Shown here piece by piece: positions 52,704 through 64,000 of a stretch of 64,000 nt of DNA. The notes below the pieces were generated by a model, which searched no databases, had not been told where the DNA came from, and saw only the letters and a list, made by a program, of their open reading frames with translations. This DNA comes from Octopus vulgaris (taxonomy: Eukaryota). The position numbers and the translations under genes were made by a program. The stretch lies in NCBI GenBank assembly GCA_951406725.2, contig OX597828.1:35340001-35404000 (forward strand), given 5' to 3'. The stretch's first letter is position 1; every line of letters begins with the position of its first letter.

Positions 52704-53597
52704 CATATGTATATATATTATTTATATTATTATTTAATTGAATGCCACACATCTATTTCCAAGTAAGTTTCATATATATATATACATACATATATATATA
52801 TAGCAGATGTTAAACGATGATGATGATATATATATACGTATATATATATATGTGTGTGTGTGTGTGTATACATATGCACTCATTCTTCTAACTGATGAAT
52901 AAAAATAGAGAATTTGAAACATATAAATTGAGAGAAATTACTTAAAAGGAAATATTTTACAAAAAATTAAATCTAAATTTAGATCAGGAGAAATAATTAG
53001 AACTGTTAAATTTTAGGTTATTTTCTGGAAATTTCCCAAATAACTACACTTATTACTAAAAATTACAAAATTCCTTTGATTTCTCCCAAACATGTCTTTC
53101 ATCAAAACCTTCACATTGTGACAATTCTGCATTCTTTGATGTTGTGTGGAGCCAAACTCATCCCTGAACTTGCAGACTTGTTTTGAAGGAATTATGTAAA
53201 ATTACATGGATTACACTTTGCAGTATTTTATAATAATTCTGCATGTTATTCCATTAGTTAGCCCATCCGTAATTTGAAGGGTGAGGAGAGTGAGTGAAAT
53301 GTGTAATTCCTTTCTTTTTAATTAATTTTTTCCTCCATTACTTAGTTCATCTGTAACACTTTCATGTAATTAGTTGTAGAGAAAGGCAAAGAACGAAAGA
53401 AAAAGGAGAGAGAAAAAAGCGGGTAAGGTGAAGAATGAGAGAGAAAGAGGAAGAGTGCTGTGTATTAAGTCTATAGAATTATGCATAAAGTATATAAAGT
53501 GTATGTAGTGTATATATAAAGTATATGTAGCAGGCTAGATGTGATGTGCCATATCTATTTGATATGATGTAGCCCACTACCAAATGTAGCATGTAGA

Positions 53598-54195
53598 TGT
53601 AATGCTTCAAGGTTCTCATATTGGAGAAACCAGTGAACATCAAAGAATCAACTCTAAGCAAGAAGAAATATTATTTACATATATTTATTTATTTGCCCGA
53701 CAGTTAGTTAAAGAGACAGAAGCAATCCTAGTGACAGTGACAAGGTTGGCTTGCTGGTTAGTAGTTGATAATGTAGAATAAGGTTGTCTGTCAGTAGAAG
53801 GTGAAAGAGTAAGGAATGCATGGTGCTGACTAGAAAGGATAAAGGCGGCATCGCCTTTCTTGCAGCCAAAAGCCTCTCTTCACATGTCAAGCAAAGGGCA
53901 AAGGGAAGAGCTGCTCTTGGTGAAAGCTAACGCTTTTGCGGGTGCTGCTCTTTGGTCTGGCTGACACAAAAGAGGAAGAGATAGTAAATTCTCTCTGTTA
54001 TATAGACTATGGTCAGTAATGTAGGTCTAACCCTAAACAAAGGACTGACCTTTCCTTGATCAGCACACGTCGTAGAGGGTCTGGTGTTTCCTCATCAATT
54101 ATCTGGTGTGGAGAGGATTTCCCACTCGTTTTGACAAGCAACAAGTGGGTGGATTTGGTTTGAAATCTCAGGCAGGGACAAGCTAAATCCTTACA
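53598..54195 (-). mobile_element. Possible solo LTR
   Basis: GC-richer ~600-bp island bounded by TGTAA...TTACA with a minus-strand AATAAA near 53685. TSD imperfect (taga/tata). Confidence 0.35.
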
Positions 54196-55419
54196 TATAT
54201 AAAAGTATATGAAGTGTGTATATAAAGTCCATTAAGTAATTATTGAATTCCAATTTCCTTCACTTTTGAATGAGTGGCAGATGAATGACACAAAACAGAC
54301 ACAAAACAGGCTACACTTTCAGGTTTTTAGGATAAAGTTTTCAGAAATAGCGCAATAAGTCTGTGAAATATTCACGGCTCCTGCTAGTTTTGTTATATTT
54401 CAGGGGTGTTCATTCTTTTTGTCAAATAAACACAAGCACCATATATTTGTTCTTCACTTCAAATTTATTATCATTCTTATTTTGAGGCTCATGACATAAA
54501 GCTATAAACAAAAGCATATAAATATTGGGTAAAAAATCACTTCTGGATAGAAACTGTTGAAGGCTGCCCATAAGATTTGAACCCACTATCTCCTGTAGAC
54601 ATCACAGGTGTTCTACCATGGGCAGCCTTCAAATTTTTCTGTCCAAAATGGGTTTTTAACCTCATATTTACAAGCTGCTATTTATAGCATTATGTGATGT
54701 CCTTCATGAGCCTATGTTCTAGGAAAGAATTATTTCATGGTCCCTTGAATGTTTATTAAAAGTTTTTCTGACATCAACAATGTGTGTGTCTTTGTTTTGT
54801 GTTTGTCTCTCACAACCACCAGACAACTGGCGCTGTTTTTTTTTTTACATCCCCCATAACTTAGCAGTTCAGCAAAATGCAACTGATAGAATAAGTAACA
54901 AGCTTAACAAAAAATAAAAAGTACTAGGATTGATTTGTTCGACTAAAATCTTCCAGGTGGTACTCCAGCTTGGTACAGTCCAATAAGTGAAACAAGTAAA
55001 AGATAAACAATATATGTCCATCTTTTGTAGTCATGAGAAAAGTTGGGGTGGGGTGGAGTGGGGTGGGATGAAGTGGCAATTTTAACAGTAATTGAAAACA
55101 TTGAATAATAAATGATATTTTTGAGACATTTGTATTTCTTGATATGTTTCAAGATTTCTGCAGTGGTGCAAATTGATTTGAAAAATCTTCATAACCTCAT
55201 GGAAGAGTTTCCAATGTTTTAACTTCATTAAAACCACACTTATTGTATTCAAAGGCATATGAGACACACATTTGTTGTCTTTCCTATATCACCTCGGGTC
55301 TTATATGCAAAGTTGGGCTTCTGATAAGCTTTAATGCTTTAAAAATTGTTTTTTTTTTCTTGATTATGTTCTGCTGAAATAAGGGTGCATCTTTTATGCC
55401 CAAGTCATCAAACACACAG

Positions 55420-57910
55420 TAACACCTACCATTCTTGTTATGTTTTCATAACAAAGCGTAATACTTACCATTTTTGTGGTGTTTCCATAACCAGACTCAG
55501 TACCAGTTTTTTCCAACAATGTTTTCTTTCTAAGCACTATATTCCTTTTGGCGGCGAGCTGGCAGGAACGTTAGCACGCCGGGCAAAATGCGAAGCCGTA
55601 TTTCGTCTGCCGTTACGTTCTGGGTTCAAATACTGCCAAGGTCGACTTTGCCTTTCATCCTTTCGGGGTTGATATATTAAGTACCAGTTACGCACTGGGG
55701 TCAATATAATCGACTTAATCCCTTTGTCTGTCCTTGTTTGTCCCCTCTGTGTTTAGCCCCTTGTGGGTAGTAAAGAAATATATATTCCTTTTGTCTCTCT
55801 TTTCACTCTCCCATCATGCCTGCTACATCCTCCTCCCTTATGTCTTCCTCTCATATACAATATATTTAAACCTACACACAGTCCTCCGACACTACCATTA
55901 TCCCAAGCCACTACATTACCACACTTGTACACCTCCACATACCTCATACCACCATGCACACTCACTTTTCCCTCTGCTCATCTCTATGCATCTACACATC
56001 ACCTTGCCTACTCCTCCCTTCTTAGCCTCTGCCCCTCTACCTCCATATGCCCATATTCCCACCTAGCCCCTAACCTTCTAATTCATATTTCTCATTCTTT
56101 ATAGTTTTCCCCACCACTTTTTTCATTCTTTTATTTTTTTACTGTGGAAGACTAACGTCCAAAATGTCAAAACTTTTTCATTTCCTTTAAGCATTAAACT
56201 AACAACATTTGTTAAAGTTCCTACTTTTCATTTGTCTCTATTTTTGCTTCTCGCTCATTTCCTTAATACCTACAACTCCTGTAATGTTTTCCTACCCAGG
56301 TTTAGTGCCTACAATTCTTGCAGTATTTCCATCACCAGATTTAATGGTTCTCATTCTTGTGTCAATTCCATAACCACATTTCATAACTGTATTTAATGCT
56401 TTCTATTCTCATAGTATCTTCATACCCAGAACTACCAGCTTCAATTCTTGTAGTGCTTCCATAACCAAAATTAATAGCCTCCATTTTTATAGCAATTTCA
56501 TAACCAATTTCCTTGTTTCCCTTCTTGTAATATTATATCATCACCATTCTTCTTAGATTCTATTCTTCTAGTAGCATAATAACACATTACTCTATTTCCA
56601 TTCTTATATCTTTATAACCACTCTTATTTGTTGCCATTCTTGTCACGCCTCCAAAACCATTTTTTCTTGGTTCCACTCTTTTAGTGTCTTAACTCAGTTC
56701 TTATCTCAGTTCCTGTAATAATTTCATAACCAATCGTCTGTGTTTCTATTCTTCTAAGCAACTTACCTGTTTTAATTCTTCCAATATTTTCTTAACCAGA
56801 TTTTATTGGCTTCAATGGCTTCTAGACTTCTCGAAACTTTATGAACATTGCTAGCAATTCCACCACCATTCCTGGATGATTTTCATCTGCCTCTGATATT
56901 CTTCTATGCCTTATGAACATTCTTCCATGTTTCCATTTTTGTCCTTTCTTCATAACCAAACTTCCTTCTGTCCACTTTGCAGTATTTTAATAACCACACT
57001 TCCTTCTCTTTCCATTCTGCAATTATCTTAAGAACTTCACTTTCTTTTTCCATTCCTGCATTCTTCATAACCACACTTCCTGTTTTCTGTTGTTCTAGTA
57101 TTTTGGTAACTGCACTTTCTTGTTGCTATTATTCTTGAAGAATCTTCATAACCAACACTTCTTTCTTTCCACTCTTGTAATATCTTCATGACCATGCCTC
57201 CTGATTTCCATTGTTGTAATATTTTGCTAACCAAACTTTCTTGTAATATCTTCGTAACCATTCTTCAATCTTTCTATTCTTGAATAATCTTCATAACCAC
57301 TTTTTCCTTCTTTCCATTCTTACAATATCTTCATAAACATTCTTCCTTTCCCTTCCAATATTGTAGTATGATACTTCTCCATAGCCACAATTCTTTTTTT
57401 TTTGTCTTTCATGTAGAGTTTTCATAACCACTCTTAAAGACTATTCATTCTTGTACTATCTCTATAATTACACATCCTTGTTTTCATTCTCATATTAACT
57501 TCATATCCACTATTTCTTATTTCCATTCTTGCTGTATCTCCATAACCATTCTTCAGTCTTTCCATTCTTGTAGCATTTTAATAACCACTCTTACTTCTTC
57601 TGTCTCTATTCTTGTCTTCACAACAGCACTTCCTTGTTACTATTCTTGTAATATAATCACACTTCCTTGATTCTATTCTTTTGTGTTTCCATAACTATTC
57701 TCTTCCATTCCATTCTTATATCTTGATCACAATTCTTCCTTATTTCCATTTCTGTAGTGTTTTCATAACGACACTAACTTGTTTTCATTTCTACATTTCA
57801 TAACCACTACCTTTGCCCTCCATTACTCTAATATTTTCACAACTACAATTCATAGCATCCATTCTTGTAATATTTTGATAACCATACTTCAGAGCTATTA
57901 TTTCAGTTGT
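55420..57910. repeat. Highly diverged ~39-42-bp tandem array (ttccattcttgtartatcttcataaccacact...), interrupted at about 55545-56255
   Basis: The attcttgt...cataacca motif pair recurs at about 40-bp period on both sides of the insertion. Confidence 0.8.
55549..55785 (+). mobile_element. Full-length tRNA SINE family D
   Basis: Near-identical to 49817-50050. Confidence 0.9.
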
Positions 57911-57925
57911 ATCCTTATATATACA

Positions 57926-58002
<77 letters not shown>

Positions 58003-58035
58003 TATACATACCTATATACACACACACACACACAT

Positions 58036-58074
<39 letters not shown>

Positions 58075-58076
<2 letters not shown>

Positions 58077-58293
58077 ATATGGGACAATCAGTTAGTTGTC
58101 ATAATAAAAAACTCAGAGTTTCAGATATTGGGGCTGAAGCCTGCTCTGGCATCTCGTCAGTTATTAAGACAAAAACGCTATGAAAAAACTGTTGAATAAA
58201 GGGAAGTTACTCCAATAGGTGTAGGGAAAATAAAACTTCATTCATAGAATCTGCATATGCACACATGTACAACTAACTGATTGTCCTATATTA
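58075..58293 (-). mobile_element. Penelope-like inverted-repeat remnant with a decayed hammerhead motif (about 58100-58166)
   Basis: Terminal IR taatatgggacaatcagttagttgt / acaactaactgattgtcctatatta. Minus: taataa-CTGACGA-gat...atct-GAAA-ctctgag-tt. Confidence 0.6.
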
Positions 58294-58759
58294 TATATAT
58301 ATGTAGATAAATTCCTCAATATCGAGGTCTCATTCATTCTTTTGTTGTCATGTTATTATTATTAATATATGTGTGTGTATGTCTATTTATATATATAACT
58401 CATCCTATCCCAACAAATCAATCTACATCTCCACATCTCTTCCTCACACTTCCTCCTTCATACACAATGCCTAGCTCTCACACCCCAATCCTGTCCTCAT
58501 GGCCCTGTTCCTCCGTATCATTGCTATCTAGTAGCCCTCTGACTCTATATATAGCCAGGTTTTCTCCACTCACAACCTGCTCTCTTTAATCACACTTCCT
58601 TTGCAATATCCTGCCACTTATATTATGGCATTTGAACCTCAAGTGTACGCCCTGGCACTTGCCACCATCTATATTTCTCTCTTCCTTTACTCAGTCATCA
58701 CTTCTATATTCTGATCCCTGTCCCTTGTGAGTATGCCTGGCATTTGGCCACCATCTCTA

Positions 58760-59218
58760 TCCTGCTGTCTCCCACTCTCTCTCTCCTTCTCCTGCACTTC
58801 CTTCAGGTTGGGTAACCATGTATTTCCTTTGTGGTAGCACACCTGTTTCTGTCTTCATATCTGATCTCTCTCTCTCTCTCTCGCCGGGTAATCTTGTACT
58901 TACTCTACAGCAAGACACCTGTTTCTGTCTCTCTCTGTCTCACTATAAGCTTTCATCATCCGACACAAGATCACCTCCTCCAATACCCACTCCCCTCTTG
59001 AAAGTTTATTTTTTTTGTCTTGCAAGTACTTGGTGACCCTGTCAGTGCAGGTGCCACTTAAAAGCACCCAGTCCACACTGTAAAGTGGTTGGTGTTAGGA
59101 AGGGCATCTAGCTGTAAAAATCCTGCCAAAACAGTCACAGAAGTCTGGTGCAGGCTTCTGCCTGGCCAGCTCTTATCAAACTGTACCACCCATATCAGCA
59201 CGGAAGGTGGACGATAGT

Positions 59219-59250
<32 letters not shown>
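58760..59250 (+). mobile_element. RTE-type 3' UTR fragment of another subfamily
   Basis: ggttggtgttaggaagggcatctagctgtaaaaa and a (GAT)n tail. Confidence 0.65.
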
Positions 59251-59252
<2 letters not shown>

Positions 59253-59535
59253 ATATTCATGTGTGTGTGTGTGCATGTGTGGATGTGTGTGTGCGTGGGT
59301 GTGTGTGGCTCTGAGGAAGCTGTAATAAGTTGCACCAGCACTCAACTGTGGATGCACAATTTTTATAGCTGAAACAGCTGTAAGCAAATGAAGGTTATTT
59401 TGTAACTTCTGTTCTTCTGTCACTCATTTACTATTATTATGCTCTTTACTGACCTACTGGTTTACTATGAAGAGTAAGTATAGTGAGTTCTATCGACTGG
59501 TTATTGGTACCATTAAGCCTAAGCAGAAATAGAAA

Positions 59536-59568
<33 letters not shown>

Positions 59569-59919
59569 GTCTGCATATAACATTTCAAAGTACATCTATC
59601 TTTTTTTGTCTGATGAAATTATGCTCATGTCACATAAATGCAAATTTAATGTACAAATTTGTGATTGAATTATTGAGTATTAATTGAAATGTCTGTAAGA
59701 AGCGAAGATAACCAATTGATTAATAATAAATAATTGTTAACTTCCTTATCTCCATTTCCTTTTCTTCTTTCAACTGGATACAAACTATATGCTTAATATA
59801 TACTTATTGTCTTAAGGAAATTTCATTCCCCAACAATACCAGGTATTGAACCGGTATCTCTTTGAATGCAACCATCCCTTCATGAAGTTAATATGTCCTC
59901 TAATAATATATACATATAT

Positions 59920-60085
59920 AGGCACAGGAGTGGCTGTGTGGTAAGTAGCTTGCTTACCAACCACATAGTTCCAGGTTCTGTTCCACTGCATGGCACCTTG
60001 GGCAAGTGTCTTCTACTATAGCCTCGGGCCGACCAAAACCTTGTGAGTGGATTTCATAGATGGAAAGTAAAAGAAGCCCGTCGTA
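59920..60085 (+). mobile_element. Family A SINE 5' half
   Basis: Head plus CORE, ending at the internal (TA)n. Confidence 0.9.
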
Positions 60086-60250
60086 TATGTATATATATAT
60101 ATATATATACGAATGCATATTATTGAAGTATGGTTCTAAAGCTAAATACCCTTCTGCTCTGAAACCCCTTCCTGTTTTTCAAAGAAAGAATGGATTTATT
60201 CCATTAGCATTCAAAAATACAAAATAAAGGACTATTCAATTACAAAACAA

Positions 60251-60351
<101 letters not shown>

Positions 60352-60891
60352 GGATGAGTCTGTATGTGTGAGTGAGCATGTGTGTGTGTATTGAAAATGA
60401 CCACTGCAAGTGGTCAGTGGTATGAATTGACATTACATAGATTACAGAAAGGTATTCTAAATACCAAACAAAATAAAGTCTTGATTTGCTGAAAATATTT
60501 TTGCTACAAGGAAAGACAAACCATTACCTAGTGGCAATTGTAGCACATCTGGATCCCCTCCATTTTCTTCTTGCCGTATGTAATGCATAAATATATATGT
60601 ACGCATATCTGTGTGTCTGTGTCTAGCGATTTCTCTTTATGTCAATTCTTGATTTAGCAATTTCATAAATATATGTCTTTAACCCTTTGGCTAGGGTATA
60701 TAATCCCAGATATTAACAAATCTCTGGAACCATTTAAGAAAGTAGAATCTTTTGTTTCTGGACACAACACGACAGCCTTGATAATGTTTCTGCCTCAACA
60801 AGCATCATCAGTACAACAATTAGACCTTCTGTGACTCTAGCAAACATAAAATTTTTGACATATACAAAAAAAAGTAGAGAGCATTTATGGA

Positions 60892-61633
60892 TTAAACCTC
60901 TAGCCGTCAGATTATTCAGTCAAATGTATTTACTGCTTTATTCACATTGTTTTAGTTAATCATGCGTTATCTTGTAGCTTCATGATTTCAATGATGTGAT
61001 TGTTTATTGTTAGAATGACATTGCAGGGTAGGTTTGAAAGGTTGGATCTAGCCAGTTTGAACATAAGAAAAATAGAGTATTAAGGTAGAATATGGCTGTT
61101 TTAAATGCTAAGGGATTAAGTTGAGTTGAATAATTGAAATGAAAATGCATTTAGCTGTTTAGGGTTTGAAACCCTTTAGCGTTCAGTTTACTTATGCGAA
61201 AGGAAAGTTTATTTATTCACATTGTTTGAATTAATGCAAATAAATAAGCATCACATTTGACAGAAGACTTATGGCTCAGTGGTTAGAACATTGGGCTTAC
61301 AATCATGAGTTCGATTCTTGGACCAGGCTGTATGTTGTGTTCTTGAGCAATATTCTTTAATTCATGTCACTCCAGTTCACTCAGCTGTAGAAATGAGTTG
61401 CGATGTCACTGGTGCCAAGCTGTATTGGCCTTTGCCTTTCTCTTGGTCAACATCTGCAGCATGGACAGGGGAAGCTGCTATACATGGGCAACTGTTGATC
61501 TTCTATAAACCACCTTGCCCAGACTTGTGCCTCAAAGGGTAACCTTCTAGGTGCAATCCCATGGTCATTCATGACCGAAGGGGGTCTTAACCCTTTTACA
61601 TTTGACAGAATAATCTGAAAACTAAAAGATTAA
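60892..61633. mobile_element. Two piggyBac-like (TTAA) MITE remnants, 60892-61119 and about 61170-61633
   Basis: Termini resemble ttaaccctttagc...gctaaagggttaa; a related fragment lies at about 6205-6330. Confidence 0.55.
61266..61597 (+). mobile_element. tRNA SINE family C with 13-bp TSD, nested in a MITE
   Basis: TSD acatttgacagaa at 61253-61265 and 61598-61610; A box tggctcagtggtt, B box gagttcgattc, CORE-like tgtgttcttgagcaa. Confidence 0.9.
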
Positions 61634-62189
61634 AGAGGTAACTCAGTGGTCAATGGCATCGATTGGGATAAAAAAGATGTAGAAAATATAGAAAATGGCA
61701 AACAAGGTAAATTCTTAATTTATTCAAACTGTTACTGTTTTGAGGGGAAGTAAACAAACACATAACAGTAATTGCAACTATCTCCATATGAATAGGGATA
61801 ATATAAAGGAACCAACACTTCTCTAGAAGAGAATTTGTCCATAAAATTTCCCATGTTTCAAGACATTAATGTATATTCTAAAGTGAAGAGAACACGACAA
61901 CTCTTGGAAGATTCATTATTTTCATAACACAATATGACATTATATATGTATGTGTGTGTGTGTGTGTGTGTGTGTTTGTACATGTATAGATACACACATG
62001 CACACACACACACATACACACACACACATATATATATACACACACACATATATATATATACACACACACATATATATATATACACACACATGATTTAATA
62101 TATATATATGTATGTATTTATATAATTATATATATATACACACACATATGTATATATATGTATATACACATATATATATATAATTATAC

Positions 62190-62229
<40 letters not shown>

Positions 62230-62274
62230 TTATATATATACACACTCACACACACATATATATATATACACATA

Positions 62275-62318
<44 letters not shown>

Positions 62319-62344
62319 CATATTATATATATATATATATATAC

Positions 62345-62394
<50 letters not shown>

Positions 62395-62699
62395 TATGTA
62401 CATGTGTGTATATTTACGTGTGTATATGTATTTATGTATGTATGTATGTAAACTATCCTATTGATATTATAATTTGGAATACATACTTCCCTTTCCTTTA
62501 TGCCTCCGGGCTTTGTTTTATAATTAAGAAATCGAATACTAGTGTACACACACACACGTAAATATATACATCTTATTACAGTGAGTTGTAAGATCATATC
62601 CAGATAATAGTCTTGTGTATATGCTTCTGTCTATGTTTTATTTTTAAGTCAGTTATTTTATCTCCATGATTGAACTGAATATTCTGATATTTTAAGAAA

Positions 62700-62732
<33 letters not shown>

Positions 62733-62735
62733 TAC

Positions 62736-62789
<54 letters not shown>

Positions 62790-63012
62790 CATTTTGTCTT
62801 TTGCTTTTTACTTTTGAACCCTTAAGCTATTTATGAATTTCTGCACTTACACACACACACACACACACACTTGTTAAACATATCCAATTCTCACATTTAT
62901 ATTCTCACAAATATAAGTAGTATTTTACTTACATTTTTCCATTTTTCTCTTTGCCAGAGATATAAACATGCATTGTTCCATGTTTAGGCTTTGGCTAATG
63001 AACACTAAATCT

Positions 63013-63086
<74 letters not shown>

Positions 63087-63370
63087 CATATATATAAGCA
63101 TATATATTTGTGTGAATATGTATGTGTATATGTATAGTATCTGTGTGTGTGTATATATATATACGTATGCACGTATGATAGTGTGTGTATGTGCACGTGT
63201 GCATGCTTATAGCACAATAAATGCATTTGGAAGAAATGTGTTGAAACTATAATCTCCAATCTAGCTTGCAGTTCCACTTACATACACACATACCGTGCAT
63301 ACACTCTATAAAAATGTACATACACACTGTGCATATGTGTGTAAAGATATATAGATAGATAGATAGATAT

Positions 63371-63414
<44 letters not shown>

Positions 63415-63449
63415 GCATATTTGTGTTAATATGTATGTGTATATATATA

Positions 63450-63501
<52 letters not shown>

Positions 63502-64000
63502 GAGAGGAAATATAATACAAGTAAGATGAAGAGTGAATATAACACAGCATTATTATTAGTTACAGTTGTTTCTGTGCCATTCTGTTTCTAACACAATTGC
63601 TCATAAATGATTTTGTTTGAAAAGTTATGCAATATGTGTGTTAGGTTATCCTGAAGTAGCACTCCAAGGGATGCAAATGCATCTTTGTTGCACAATGTTA
63701 AAATGCACATCTTGCATTATATGTGAAATTATTAAAAAACAAAAAAATCTTGCGTTGTGTATTACATAAGATTAATTAGGCTATCCACATTGTTAGCACA
63801 CACACACACACACACACACACTATTATGCAAATTAGACAGCCTAGTTTAGCTCTTTCCATGTTTGGTTGTACTATAAATAGCTCTAAGCCAGCAATTTCT
63901 CTGTGGACAGAAAATGAGAGTGTTTCCTGTGAATATGACCTAACAAAACTAGAATAACCATATTTTAACGTGTATAAGGAACCCTCGTGTATCAGAAACA

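Overview
AT-rich eukaryotic non-coding DNA (intronic or intergenic). It is almost certainly cephalopod (Octopus-like), inferred from the SINE families and the extreme (TA)n/(CA)n/(AAT)n/(CAT)n microsatellite load. No intact protein-coding gene is visible, and nearly all ORFs in the supplied track are microsatellite artefacts. The window holds dozens of tRNA-derived SINE copies from three families, RTE, CR1 and R4/Dong LINE fragments, decayed Tc1/mariner and maT (DD37D) transposases, MITEs and several minisatellites. The strongest hidden signal is a set of minimal type I hammerhead-ribozyme motifs, several within inverted-repeat (Penelope-like) insertions. Two of these insertions (4903-5367 and 30991-31529) join a Pol III tRNA-like head to a hammerhead. 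Also notable: a PHD finger embedded inside an RTE reverse transcriptase, a near-perfect fold-back SINE palindrome, and a few frame-preserving microexon candidates. All calls are by eye; element boundaries are approximate unless a TSD or motif is quoted.
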